DNA from: an uncultured Gammaproteobacteria bacterium
Lineage (GTDB): Bacteria; Patescibacteriota; Microgenomatia; Levybacterales; GWA1-39-11
NCBI GenBank assembly: GCA_964360265.1
Contig: CAYHUY010000003.1
Coordinates: 1 to 55,012 of the forward strand
Length of the DNA stretch: 55,012 bases
Direction: 5' to 3'
Part shown: positions 1-9,700 of the stretch, piece after piece
How the letters are laid out: every line of letters starts with the position of its first letter
Numbering within the stretch: position 1 is the stretch's first letter
Notes under the pieces: model-generated
Databases searched by the model: none
The model's input: the letters and a program-made list of their open reading frames with translations, nothing else
Told to the model about the DNA's origin: nothing
Position numbers and translations under genes: made by a program

Positions 1-10
1 ACAATCAACT

Positions 11-649
11 TCATTGTTTTTCGTGCGGGGCGTCTTTTACGCCGCCCCGGACCTCTTTCTTTATAACTTTGCCTGCCGAATCAAGTTCGAGGATAACTGC
101 CTGGGCTATTCCAACCTCTACGCTTGAGATTTGTTCGTCTGGAATGTTTTCGAGATATTTGAGAAGCGCACGAATAGAATTTCCATGTGCCACAACAAGC
201 ACATTTTTCCCAGATTTTACAATCGGTTCGATGCTTTTTTTATAATACGGCATCGCGCGCTCGTAAACGTCTTTTAAGCTTTCTCCATTGGATAAAGGGT
301 AGTCCCAAGCCCTTCGGATTTTTATAAATTCTTCTTCTCCAACCTGTTTTTCTATTTCCCATTTATTCTTTCCCGTAAAATCGCCATAGTTTCTTTCTTT
401 TAATGCATCGACAAATTCGGTTTGGACATTTTCTAAATCTATTACCGTTCTTAATTCGTCCAAAGTTTGACGGCAGCGCGCTAGGGGAGAGCAGAATACG
501 GCATCAAATTTAATATCTTTAATTAATTCAGCAGTTTTTCTGGCCTCAACTCGTCCTGCTTCGCCTAAATCAATATCTGTCCATCCTGTCCAAAGGCCTT
601 TTGCATTCCACTCAGATTCACTATGTCTAACCAATGCAAGATAACTCAT
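11..649 (-). CDS. gpmA: 2,3-bisphosphoglycerate-dependent phosphoglycerate mutase (histidine phosphatase family)
   Basis: 212-aa ORF. It has the N-terminal LVRHSESEWN catalytic-His block, then FCSPLARCRQT and LKERNYGDFTGKNK blocks typical of dPGM. Its start overlaps the end of the upstream gene by 4 nt. Confidence 0.8.
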   Translation of the reverse strand: MSYLALVRHSESEWNAKGLWTGWTDIDLGEAGRVEARKTAELIKDIKFDAVFCSPLARCRQTLDELRTVIDLENVQTEFVDALKERNYGDFTGKNKWEIEKQVGEEEFIKIRRAWDYPLSNGESLKDVYERAMPYYKKSIEPIVKSGKNVLVVAHGNSIRALLKYLENIPDEQISSVEVGIAQAVILELDSAGKVIKKEVRGGVKDAPHEKQ

Positions 650-1293
650 ATTCCCAGGATGTTGATTGAAAACAATATTAGGTTATTTATGATTTGTCCT
701 AGAGAAAATCCGCCCATGGGGAAGAAAAGTAAAAAGAACAAAATAAATATACCAAATTGTTGAATTGACAGGTAGCTTCGGGCTATATCATCCGGTAGAA
801 TTGCGGCTATCACTTTGCTGCCATCAAGAGGAGGAATGGGAATTAAATTAATTATTGAAAGCATCAGGTTATAGATAACAACAAGAAAAAGAAATGACTC
901 AATTGTTGCCTCAAGCGGCCCGCCTAGACGCGAGGCTGGTAAAAATCGTATGATTTGGGCAGAAATCAACGCTAAAGCTATATTAGTCAGAGGTCCTGCA
1001 AGTGCGACTAGAGCCATATCCTTTTTGGGATCTTTAAAGTGAATCGGATTTACGGGAACAGGCTTTGCAGCACCAAATATAACAGGGGAACCAGAAAACA
1101 CAAGAAGGGCAGGGAGCAAAACGCTCATAAGTGGATCAAGATGAGGAATAGGATTAAGTGTCAGCCTACCCATGATGCGGGCTGTTGGATCACCAAGTTT
1201 ATCGGCAACTACTCCATGCATTAACTCATGCAGAACGGCAGAGAATATAAGAATTATAAGCGGAATCAAAAACTCCATATGTATATTATACAA
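646..1293 (-). CDS. site-2 protease family (M50) membrane zinc metalloprotease
   Basis: 215-aa polytopic ORF with an HELMHG (HExxH) motif in the first TM helix, GDPTARIMGRLTLNPIPHLDP, and a PPLDGSK motif. Confidence 0.75.
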   Translation of the reverse strand: MYNIHMEFLIPLIILIFSAVLHELMHGVVADKLGDPTARIMGRLTLNPIPHLDPLMSVLLPALLVFSGSPVIFGAAKPVPVNPIHFKDPKKDMALVALAGPLTNIALALISAQIIRFLPASRLGGPLEATIESFLFLVVIYNLMLSIINLIPIPPLDGSKVIAAILPDDIARSYLSIQQFGIFILFFLLFFPMGGFSLGQIINNLILFSINILGI

Positions 1294-1641
1294 GAGAAAC
1301 CCTTTATATTTTAATTTATTTTAAATATGGCCCTTAGAGCGGGAAAAAATCACCTGCTTGTTTTGGGGCCATATTATCAAACCATCTAAGCATCCATCTC
1401 TCCCTTTTTGGCTAACTTCTCTTTTGCTTTTTCAGCATCCTAGGAATTGCCTTTTGTATATATTGTATTTTTACCAACCCGCGATCTTACTAATGTCTGT
1501 CCTTTCCTTTGTACTTTCTCGATGAACCGTGGCACTTGCCCTTTTGGGATCTGCGTTTGGACGAAGGATTTTTCCACATTATAGCAATTGAACTGATTGT
1601 TTCAAGCCCTCAATTTGGAAAGCCTCTTCGCTTTTGATATC

Positions 1642-1671
1642 TTGACAAAGGCTGATACAATAGGCTAATCT
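1642..1671 (+). promoter_or_regulatory. candidate sigma70-type promoter (TTGACA, 18-nt spacer, TAATCT)
   Basis: TTGACA at 1642-1647 and TAATCT at 1666-1671. An ATG lies 12 nt downstream at 1684. The -10 box is identical to that of the pilin promoter at 20477. Confidence 0.35.
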
Positions 1672-1683
1672 ACAATAAGAACA

Positions 1684-1899
1684 ATGCCTAATCCTGAAAG
1701 TTTATCTCGCGATCCCTCAAAACAACATTATTCAGAAAAGGGCGGACATTTATTTCGCGGGCTTGCAGCCCGCCAAAGATCCAATTTTGAATCACGATTT
1801 CCAAATACACCGTATTTACGTCCTCACCCCGATACAGAATTCACCAGAAGAAGATTTATGATGAGAGACCCAAGTAGCGGGAAGAAAAGAGAAGGTTAG
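1684..1899 (+). CDS. hypothetical small basic protein (71 aa), doubtful
   Basis: The ORF sits the usual short distance after a good promoter. However, it is low-complexity, contains a GC-rich palindrome (cgcgggcttgcagcccgc) and overlaps the convergent gene end. It could instead be a non-coding transcript. Confidence 0.25.
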   Translation: MPNPESLSRDPSKQHYSEKGGHLFRGLAARQRSNFESRFPNTPYLRPHPDTEFTRRRFMMRDPSSGKKREG

Positions 1900-2444
1900 T
1901 CTTTTTTTGGCTGCCAAAAGTCCTCTCCCACTGAATTCCATGGAAGTCTTCTCTCGTCAGGGTTCTTAGCGTCAAACTTCTGATTTACAAAATAGAAAAG
2001 CTCTATGTCTTGATTTGACAAGTTTGCCATTCCGTGCGCAACTCCACGGGGGATATAAAGAAGTGAGGATTGTCCCGCCCCTAAAGTAATTTTCATCATA
2101 ACACCATTTGTTTTTGAATCTTTTCGCAGATCCAATAGTCCAACCAATAAAGAATCGGAGGGTGGTAAATAAAAAATATCCTCCTGTTGAAAATGAAGAT
2201 GCCATCCCTTAATGCTTCCCGGAAGAAGTCTTGAGCGGTTTATTTGGACAACCTCAAAATCTTCGATCCCCGTAACTGTCCCATTTTCCATTCGGATTAT
2301 TTCTGAAAAATCTCCATCTTCACCAATAAAATTTTTGACGGGGATAATTTTGATACCATCAATTGTAGGTTTGGCAGAGTAGTCTTGAACGTAAATTTCT
2401 CCTCGACTTTTTTCGTCAATATCATTAAGTGTCAATTTGTTCAT
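1896..2444 (-). CDS. RmlC-like cupin (dTDP-4-dehydrorhamnose 3,5-epimerase-related)
   Basis: 182-aa ORF. The blocks KGWHLHFQQEDIFY, LLDLRKDSKTNG, YIPRGVAHGMANLS and FYFVNQKFD follow the RmlC cupin pattern. Confidence 0.6.
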   Translation of the reverse strand: MNKLTLNDIDEKSRGEIYVQDYSAKPTIDGIKIIPVKNFIGEDGDFSEIIRMENGTVTGIEDFEVVQINRSRLLPGSIKGWHLHFQQEDIFYLPPSDSLLVGLLDLRKDSKTNGVMMKITLGAGQSSLLYIPRGVAHGMANLSNQDIELFYFVNQKFDAKNPDERRLPWNSVGEDFWQPKKD

Positions 2445-2551
2445 ATTTTTATTATATCAAATTCTCTGCCTTTTCAAAAGGTTGATGATTGATTGCCGAG
2501 TACACTTTATGTTAAAATTAATAATACTTAAACGAGAGGACGGTATAATGA

Positions 2552-3721
2552 GTGGCAAACAACTTAGAACTCAAAACTCAAAACTCAAAACCGAATAACC
2601 CAGCAACGTCTATGGCGCAGTTAATGGCCAAGGTGGGCTCGGATCTCCAGGTTCTTCAAAAGGGGCAAACCGTTACAGGGATAATCAAAAAACTTACCCC
2701 ACAAGAGATTCTCATGGATATAGGAGCAAAGGGAGATGCTTTGGTTATTGAATTTGACCGCCAAAATCTTGAAAATCTTCTGGCGCTTTTAAAAGTGGGT
2801 GATCGGGTTTCCGCTACAGTAATATCCGCAGAATCCGAGGAAGGATTCCCTGTTGTATCACTACGTCGAACTTTGGATGACATAATCTTTGAAAAGTTTA
2901 GTAAGCTTTCAAAACTCGAGGAAGCACTGGAAATTGAAGTGATAGATGCGACGCGCGGCGGGTATTTTGCGCAAACCTCAGAGGGTGTTCGCGGTTTCCT
3001 ACCCTTATCCCAAGTGATTGATGAGTCGGGAAGTTTGACCGGCAAAAAAATACAAGTAAAGCTCCTTGAGGTAGATAGATCAAAAAAGAGAGTAGTATTT
3101 TCTCAAAAAGCCTTAACTTATATTCTAGATCCGGATGAAATCAGGAAACTTATAAAGAGAGACGATGTTGTTGAAGGTGAAATCACGGGTATTACGCCTT
3201 ATAGTCTATTCCTTTCTATTAGAACGAAAAAAGACGCCAAAAGCCTGCCTGCCGGCAGGCAGGTGGAAGGGTCTCGCCCTGAGCTTGTCGAAGGGTTTAT
3301 CCATATCTCGGAAATTTCTTACGAGCGAATTGATAACCTTGAGTCTCAATTTAAGAAAGGCGATAAAATTCGCGCCCAGGTAATTGAAGTTGATGCTTCT
3401 AATAGACGAGTAAACCTCTCAATTAAAAGAACCAAAAAAGATACATTTTTGGAAGCAAAAGTTAAATACAAGCCAGAGGATAAAGTAAGAGGTGCAGTAA
3501 TTAAAGTGAGTTCAAGGGGAATAATGATTGCGCTTGAAGAAGGAATCTTGGGGCTTATCCCGCAGGATAAAATTCCCCACTTCACTGAAGCTTCGCGGGG
3601 CAAGCCAGCAGGGTATAATGTTGGTGACATAATAAACTGTGAGGTAGTTGAGATAGACCAACGGCGCCGTGTGATAATTTTATCGCCAATCTTGAAAGCA
3701 GTACCAATAGGGTACAGATAG
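2552..3721 (+). CDS. rpsA: 30S ribosomal protein S1 (four S1/OB repeats)
   Basis: 389-aa ORF with repeated S1-domain signatures (GQTVTGIIKKL, GDRVSATVI, VEGEITGI...FIHISEIS, KVRGAVIKV...GLIPQ). The GTG at 2552 lies only 2 nt after a TATAAT box (2544-2549), so ATG 2612 (MAQLMAKVG) is the more plausible start. Confidence 0.8.
   Translation: MANNLELKTQNSKPNNPATSMAQLMAKVGSDLQVLQKGQTVTGIIKKLTPQEILMDIGAKGDALVIEFDRQNLENLLALLKVGDRVSATVISAESEEGFPVVSLRRTLDDIIFEKFSKLSKLEEALEIEVIDATRGGYFAQTSEGVRGFLPLSQVIDESGSLTGKKIQVKLLEVDRSKKRVVFSQKALTYILDPDEIRKLIKRDDVVEGEITGITPYSLFLSIRTKKDAKSLPAGRQVEGSRPELVEGFIHISEISYERIDNLESQFKKGDKIRAQVIEVDASNRRVNLSIKRTKKDTFLEAKVKYKPEDKVRGAVIKVSSRGIMIALEEGILGLIPQDKIPHFTEASRGKPAGYNVGDIINCEVVEIDQRRRVIILSPILKAVPIGYR
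2568..2588. repeat. heptanucleotide tandem repeat (AACTCAA)x3
   Basis: Three exact tandem copies, read directly. They lie in the 5' end of the rpsA ORF, or in its leader if the true start is ATG 2612. Confidence 0.9.
3244..3263. repeat. perfect 20-bp GC-rich palindrome CCTGCCTGCCGGCAGGCAGG inside rpsA (encodes LPAGRQ)
   Basis: Self-complementary as read. Near-identical copies occur at 25326-25346 (inside the giant ORF) and 41245-41264 (intergenic). Confidence 0.9.
3266..3295. repeat. 24-nt in-frame insertion unit flanked by GAAGGG direct repeats (encodes SRPELVEG)
   Basis: GAAGGG occurs at 3266-3271 and 3290-3295, which is 24 nt or 8 codons apart, so VEG is duplicated in the protein. The core GAGCTTGTCGAA recurs at 11158-11169. 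Confidence 0.7.
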
Positions 3722-3748
3722 CCACTAGCAACTAGCAAAGGCGGCAAT

Positions 3749-5104
3749 ATGCTAGATGCCGAAATTATTATGGCAATTAAAACAGCATTTGTGTGTTCAG
3801 GCTGTGGATATGAATCAGGCAAGTGGTATGGTAGATGTCCTAATTGCTCTTCCTGGAACTCTTTTTCTGAGGTAAAACTTGAGACGGCTTCCAAAAAAAT
3901 CCAGTCGGTTTTAGATGTTGCAACTTCGCTTGTACCCACACAGATTGGCAAAATAAAAAGTGCGGGAATATCCCGTTTCACAACCGGGTTCTTGGAGTTT
4001 GACCGCGTACTTGGCGGTGGAATTGTTACAGGTAGTGCAGTTCTACTATCGGGGGATCCCGGGGTGGGAAAATCAACTTTATTACTTGAACTTGCTAAGA
4101 ATTTCGCTCAAAGTTCCAAAAAACAAAAAACTGATAGCCGGGTTCTCTATGTCTCAGGTGAAGAGTCTGAAGGGCAGATTAAGATAAGGGCAGAAAGAAT
4201 TGGGGTAAAAGAAAATGACAGTCTTTTTATATTCGCAAGCGGTGATATTGACCAAGTGATAAGCCAAGCCGCGGCGCTTAAACCCAAACTATTTATAATT
4301 GACTCAATCCAAACTATGAGTTCTGGGCAGTTCCCCGGTTTTGCAGGAAGTCTGCCTCAAATAAGACATGCTACCGCACGCCTTGTATCCTTTGCCAAAA
4401 AGAATGGAATCCCTGTCTTTATAGTCGGACATGTCACTAAAGAAGGCGATGTAGCAGGACCCATGCTCCTTTCCCACATGGTTGATTGTGTATTGTACCT
4501 TGAGGGAGAAAATCTATCAGGGACAAGAATCCTACGCGCTTTTAAGAATAGATTCGGTGATGCCTCTGAAGTTGGAATATTTACAATGGACGAGAACGGA
4601 ATGAAAGAAGTTTCCGACTCTTCTTTCTTTATCGCAGAAGAGAGCCAAAAGGTTCCCGGATCATGCCTCACCGTTCTCATGGAAGGAAGCCGTCCCATAC
4701 TTGTTGAAATTCAATCACTTGTTGTTCCGTCAAGTCTCTCATATCCCCGAAGGGTATCAAACGGGATATCGGAGAAGCGGCTGGAACTCTTGCTTGCAGT
4801 GATTCAAAAACACGCAAAAATCCCACTTGACCGCGTAGATGTGTATATCAATGTTGTCGGTGGTCTTAAGATTAGTGAGACAGCCGCAGATCTTGCAGTT
4901 TGTCTTGCCGCCATCTCTTCATTTAAAAACAAATCAATAAGTGCCGCTCCTGCCATAGCTGAAGTTGGTTTACTTGGCGAATTAAAAGAGGTTGTTAATC
5001 AAAGGGTCCGCATTAAAGAAGCAAAGAAACTTGGTTTCAGGAATATTTTAACAAACGATAGTTGCAAATTCTTAAATGATATAATTAGAACTCATGAAAA
5101 ATAA
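3749..5104 (+). CDS. radA: DNA repair protein RadA/Sms
   Basis: N-terminal zinc ribbon CSGCGYESGKWYGRCPNCSSWNSF, Walker A GDPGVGKST, a KNRFG motif and a Lon-like C-terminal domain. The start may be the ATG at 3770. Confidence 0.9.
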   Translation: MLDAEIIMAIKTAFVCSGCGYESGKWYGRCPNCSSWNSFSEVKLETASKKIQSVLDVATSLVPTQIGKIKSAGISRFTTGFLEFDRVLGGGIVTGSAVLLSGDPGVGKSTLLLELAKNFAQSSKKQKTDSRVLYVSGEESEGQIKIRAERIGVKENDSLFIFASGDIDQVISQAAALKPKLFIIDSIQTMSSGQFPGFAGSLPQIRHATARLVSFAKKNGIPVFIVGHVTKEGDVAGPMLLSHMVDCVLYLEGENLSGTRILRAFKNRFGDASEVGIFTMDENGMKEVSDSSFFIAEESQKVPGSCLTVLMEGSRPILVEIQSLVVPSSLSYPRRVSNGISEKRLELLLAVIQKHAKIPLDRVDVYINVVGGLKISETAADLAVCLAAISSFKNKSISAAPAIAEVGLLGELKEVVNQRVRIKEAKKLGFRNILTNDSCKFLNDIIRTHEK

Positions 5105-5942
5105 ACCTAATCCAGCATCTAGCGGACAAAATTCAACCCCGATTAACTCCGATTCAATAGGGGTAAAATCGGGATCAAAATTAAAAAAATCAAAGAGAAG
5201 CGGAATGGATGTTGTGGCCATTGGTTCCGGGGTATTACAAAACATAATGTTGCCTCCTCGGGTGATTCGCCAAATTGCCGAGGAAGTAGCAAAAACCGTA
5301 ACTAAAAAAATATCGTTAAGAAGAAAAAAAACCCGCAAAGCAAACATAAAAATCGATAATCCCGTATTTCTTGACACGTCGGCAATTATTGACATGAGAG
5401 TTTTTGAATTGGCAAAAATCGGTGCATTGTATGGAACTTTCATTGTGCTTGAAAGCGTGCTTTCAGAACTCAAAAATATTGCAGATTCGCGGGATTCTCT
5501 CAAAAAAGAAAGAGGAAGAAATGCGCTTGATGTGCTAGATAAATTCAAAAAGACTCGCGGAATAAAAGTTAAGATATTAGCTGATACAAGTGCGCGACCA
5601 GTTGATGAGTCTATTATTGATTATGCCAAGAAATATCGCGGCAGAATTATTACGTGCGACTATAATTTGTCCAAAAAGGCTAGGATTTCAGGCGTTAAAT
5701 CAGTAGACCTTTATGAGCTCGCCAATATCTTAAAAACAACTGCCATTCCCGGAGATGAGTTTTTTGTAAAAGTTATTCAGGAAGGTAAAGGGGCGAATCA
5801 AGGAGTAGGTTATTTACCAGATGGCACTATGCTTGTTGTTGAAGAAGCAAAAAGTCTACTTGGAAAAACAGTTCAAGTTCAAGTTTCACGCATTATCCAA
5901 ACAGACGCGGGCAAAATTCTATTCTCCAAACTCAAAACATAA
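5094..5942 (+). CDS. PIN/TRAM domain protein (YacL-like)
   Basis: PIN-like block VFLDTSAIIDMR...ITCDYNL followed by a TRAM-like C-terminus (VKVIQEGKGANQGVGYLPDGTMLVVEE...VQVQVSRIIQT). It lies directly after radA, as in Firmicutes. The N-terminus is basic and low-complexity, so the start is uncertain. Confidence 0.75.
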   Translation: MKNKPNPASSGQNSTPINSDSIGVKSGSKLKKSKRSGMDVVAIGSGVLQNIMLPPRVIRQIAEEVAKTVTKKISLRRKKTRKANIKIDNPVFLDTSAIIDMRVFELAKIGALYGTFIVLESVLSELKNIADSRDSLKKERGRNALDVLDKFKKTRGIKVKILADTSARPVDESIIDYAKKYRGRIITCDYNLSKKARISGVKSVDLYELANILKTTAIPGDEFFVKVIQEGKGANQGVGYLPDGTMLVVEEAKSLLGKTVQVQVSRIIQTDAGKILFSKLKT

Positions 5943-5990
5943 AAATTAATATCCAATCATTAGGAGTTTCTCTAAGGTTGCCTTAAAACC

Positions 5991-6025
5991 GTGAAAATTT
6001 GAGGAGTAAATGGTGAAATTTTCAC
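5991..6025 (+). terminator. 10-bp-stem hairpin downstream of the PIN/TRAM gene
   Basis: GTGAAAATTT (5991-6000) pairs with AAATTTTCAC (6016-6025). The following T-tract is weak. Confidence 0.3.
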
Positions 6026-6167
6026 AGTTTACAATAAAAAGGAGTAAGAATGCCTGCCCAACACTCCTACCCCTATTTAATGTCTCGAAGGCAATGAGAG
6101 AATTTCAAGACATGAAAAATGTTTGCAGGACGCCCTAATTAGCTATTTTTTGCCTCGTCAATTTTCC

Positions 6168-6196
6168 TTGACAAAAAAAATATCTTCTGTTAAGTT
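6168..6196 (+). promoter_or_regulatory. strong candidate promoter (TTGACA, 17-nt spacer, extended -10 TGtTAAGTT)
   Basis: TTGACA at 6168-6173, TG at 6188-6189, TAAGTT at 6191-6196. No ORF follows. Confidence 0.5.
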
Positions 6197-6202
6197 CTAT
6201 CT

Positions 6203-6310
6203 CAAGCATAGTCTTTTCCTGCCTAAAGACTAAAAGCTTACTTTTAAAAGAGCATTGCTTTTCGTACTTAAGGATTTATTTAAACAGTAGCGAAAGTGAT
6301 GCTCTTTTTT
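6203..6310 (+). ncRNA. candidate ~105-nt small RNA (unknown family)
   Basis: It is bounded by the 6168 promoter and a long hairpin plus T-tract at 6249-6310. It contains a 7-bp hairpin AGTCTTT/AAAGACT (6210-6231) and has no start codon. This is purely structural inference. Confidence 0.3.
6249..6310 (+). terminator. intrinsic-terminator-like long hairpin followed by T6
   Basis: AGAGCATTGCTTTT pairs with GAAAGTGATGCTCT, including G:T wobbles, and is followed by TTTTT (6306-6310). Confidence 0.4.
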
Positions 6311-6360
6311 CTGCCTAATTAAGATCAAAGGCCTACTTTTAAAAGTACAAGCGCAAAAGG

Positions 6361-6510
6361 CTACATTATAAGGACAGGTATACTTAAGCCTTTCTCAACA
6401 AGTTTACGAATTTGGTCGCCGCCAACTTTCTCGATAGATTCTTGATAGAAATCAGTTACCCCAACCGTTTTTTTCCGTCTCCTTTTAAGTAGTAATTTTA
6501 GAATTCTCAT
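6361..6510 (-). CDS. hypothetical small basic protein (49 aa)
   Basis: ATG at 6510 lies 10 nt after a TTGCAA-17-TATACT promoter. I take the longer 92-aa ORF in the track (to 6639) to be an upstream over-extension. No recognisable motif. Confidence 0.3.
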   Translation of the reverse strand: MRILKLLLKRRRKKTVGVTDFYQESIEKVGGDQIRKLVEKGLSIPVLIM

Positions 6511-6520
6511 GTTTGTTGGT

Positions 6521-6549
6521 AGTATAGCACAAGTCGTCAAGCCTTGCAA
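6521..6549 (-). promoter_or_regulatory. candidate promoter TTGCAA, 17-nt spacer, TATACT
   Basis: -35 at 6549-6544 and -10 at 6526-6521 on the minus strand, with an ATG 10 nt downstream. Confidence 0.45.
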
Positions 6550-6711
6550 CCTATAGCATTTTTGAGTACAAAATTTACTAATCCCAGAGTATTTATATGT
6601 AAGATTTTTGTTGATTTTACAGTCTAAAGTAAAAGTCAAAAATTTTATGTGGATAACTTTCGGAAAAATAAAATACTACTTGACAAATACAAAAAATACT
6701 ACGTTTACAGT

Positions 6712-9700
6712 CTACTGACTGCGGTATTTGGTCTTTACAAGACCCATAAAGATAAATGAAGATATGAGAATTAGAATTCCAAAGCCTGTGTATTCAAGAT
6801 ACTGAGGAAGATATACAACCACTATCGTGGAATTTCCAATTTCCAATTTCCAATTTTCAATTAGCCACCCGTTGGCCCATCCGTTTACTTCAACATGGTC
6901 CTTGAGTTCGGTTCCAAAAACGAAAGGCAAAGCCACGTTTAGAAAACTTTGAGCTTTGAACTTCCCGCCTGCAACGCTTGCGCTAGCATTGCGGGCAGGT
7001 GAACTTTGAACTTGATATGCTTTCCATCCACGGTCATAGCTTTGGGAAAAGACGAGATACTTTGAAGTGCCGCCCTTTTCTATAGTCAAAGAGTAGAGTG
7101 AAGCATTAATTTTATTACCGGAAATTACCGCAGGTGTCCCCGACACAAGTGTTTGCTTATTTAACAATATTTTCATGTTTTCAATCGTGCTTTCCGGAAC
7201 AGGGAATAAGCTTATATTCTTAAGTACACTCGCGGCCTCTTCAAGACCTGCTGACTTTAATGTAAAATGGAAACCGTATCCTGACAGCTCCGCTTCAGTT
7301 GGCGGCAGTATTATTACATTTTTGTCTTTTGTTTTGGACAATTTAGTCTCAACTTCCGGTCTTCTCCTAAAGGAATTTTCTACATAAAAACCCACGGGCA
7401 GTCCAGACCGATACTGTGAGTCTACAAACATGATATAAGACCCAGGATGCGGTAAGTGATCTAAGTAGAAAGAAAGATCTACGCTAGAATTTGCTCTTGC
7501 CGAAAGCAAGACGCCCGATACATCCTCTCGCGCGGATGCGCGAGCAAGTCCTGGGAACAAATTTTGCGGATCAAGACTATGTTTTATCTCATACAAGTTA
7601 TTCTGAATTATGTTTTGAACAGCAAGCGAGTTATCAAATTTACTTATTACTATCTCTAATTTATTGATTTTATCGGAAGCAATAGGTATGGAATATGATG
7701 TTTTATTAATATTTTCTGTATTTACAGCAATTACTTCTTCCTGTGTGAGACTAGCCACCTTAATAATGTTATTGTAGTTATTGAAAATAAAACCCTTTGC
7801 CGATCCATTTACGATCTCAACCTTATTTTTTGTATCTACAAATTCAATCGATGAAGGGTTTTGGAGTGAAAAATCCACGACGATTTTTTGGTCTTGAGTT
7901 ACATAAACACGGTCATTTATTACAATTGTAGGATAAAGCGGCGAGAAAACAATTTGGTTTCCTACGACTCTTGCTTCCACAGGGATTAAGAATTCGTCTA
8001 CGAATAAAGAGGGCAGCTCAATTGTTGGGTTGTTTGCGGTATCTAAATCGGTAAAGACCTTTTTTGGTCGTAAGATTATCGAATCTTTAGTATCTTGCGC
8101 CTCAAAGTAAATGTCATTCTGGAGTTTTCCTGTATAAAGTGAAGGTAAAATAAATACAGAATCGGGGTTTTTCTCATCGAATACAAAATTCTGCGAGGCA
8201 TTGTACAAAACGTCTTGATTTGTAAAGTGGAAGCCAGGGAATACTTTGGGGGTATTTTGCTGATCGATAACATAAAAATTGCTCTTTTGAGTTTTTACAT
8301 TATAAATAATTAAATTGCCTATCTCGCGTTCTTTTTGAACCATTCCACTTGAATTAAGGAAACTCTCAAGACTAGCGTAGTCAACCATCTCCCGTGACAG
8401 GGAATTTTGAATGGATTTATCAACTAATAGATATTTAATGTTATATTTTTGCAATACTTTATTGAAGTGCTCTTTATCATTTTTGTTTATGGCGTAGGAA
8501 GATTCGTTATAAAATTGTTCATTATAGAAGCTCCACGGGTCAAAGGCGCGATCAAGAAGCGGCTGTCCTATCCCATACCATAAAAATCCGGAACCTATAT
8601 GTCCCCAATCTCTATATTTCCAATTCCAGAATGTAGACGATGGAAGAATTGCGATGCGCGCTTTTTCATCCTGAGTTGAAAAAAAAGAAAAGACCTCTTT
8701 ATATTCCGCGGGCAACTCAAGTCTTAGAAGAGGAGAGAAAAAATAGCCCTTGAAGGCAGGAGCCGCAATCAGGAATAAGAGAATAGTAAATAGTGAATAG
8801 TAAATAGGAGCAAGAATTTTCCAATTTAACTTTGATTTTCGAATCACTTCCGTGAGAATTGAAATTCCAAGGGAGAAAAAGATGGAAAAACAGAATGCAA
8901 AAAGAATTATAAATTTGGTAAAAGGAAACCTTAATGCTTCGGAAATAACAGGGAATAGCGATCTTACGATATCATTGATTTGTGCAAAAAGTGGGGTGTT
9001 ATTTGCAAGAAATACAAATGATACGCCCATACTTATGAGATAGGCAGAATATCTTTTCTCTTTTCTTGCAATAACATATGCCAGTCCAAGCAGCATTATT
9101 AGAATAAATACAAACGTGATTAACCGGATATAAAATTTCCCATAATGCTCTTTCCATTTTTCCATGAAGAAGATATTATTGTTGTTGCGGCTGTCATATT
9201 CGACTGAGTCAAGCATAAAACCCTTAAACGAAAGTACGCTTGTTATGTCGGCTGAAGCTCGATTCCTGTAGAATATTTCTTCTGACGAAAACTGATTTAT
9301 ACGAGTTCCCTGAATTATTTTTGCATTCTGAATTGCCGTGTAAGAATAAGGAAGTAACCAGAATGCGTTGGCAGCCGCAACAGTAAAAGCTACAATAGTT
9401 ATTTTTTTAACATCATGATTTTCAAAGAAATCCACAACAAGAAATGAACCAAAAAGAATCATGAACACGGCAAAAAGAGTAGGTACAAAACCCTGAGCAC
9501 TAACTGCAAAGCTGACTAAAAGAAGAACAAAAAGGTTTCCAGGAGTTGGCTTCTTGAGCGTATTTAGTATGGATAAAGTAAAGATTGGAAGTGCGGCAAA
9601 GTGGACAACAAACACTTCAAGCGGCGCGTAAAACATCTGGATAACACCGAGATTAAACATATAGAAAAAAGCACCAAAGAATGCAACTATTCTTTCGGGG

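Noticed and set aside
1490-1579. 29-codon basic ORF on the minus strand (MWKNPSSKRRSQKGKCHGSSRKYKGKDRH) vaguely reminiscent of ribosomal protein L34
   Set aside because: The spacing between the PS and HG motifs and the length do not fit L34. The ATG overlaps the only nearby TATAAT box, so it could not be transcribed from it, and the downstream frames contain stops. It is probably chance or a decayed remnant.
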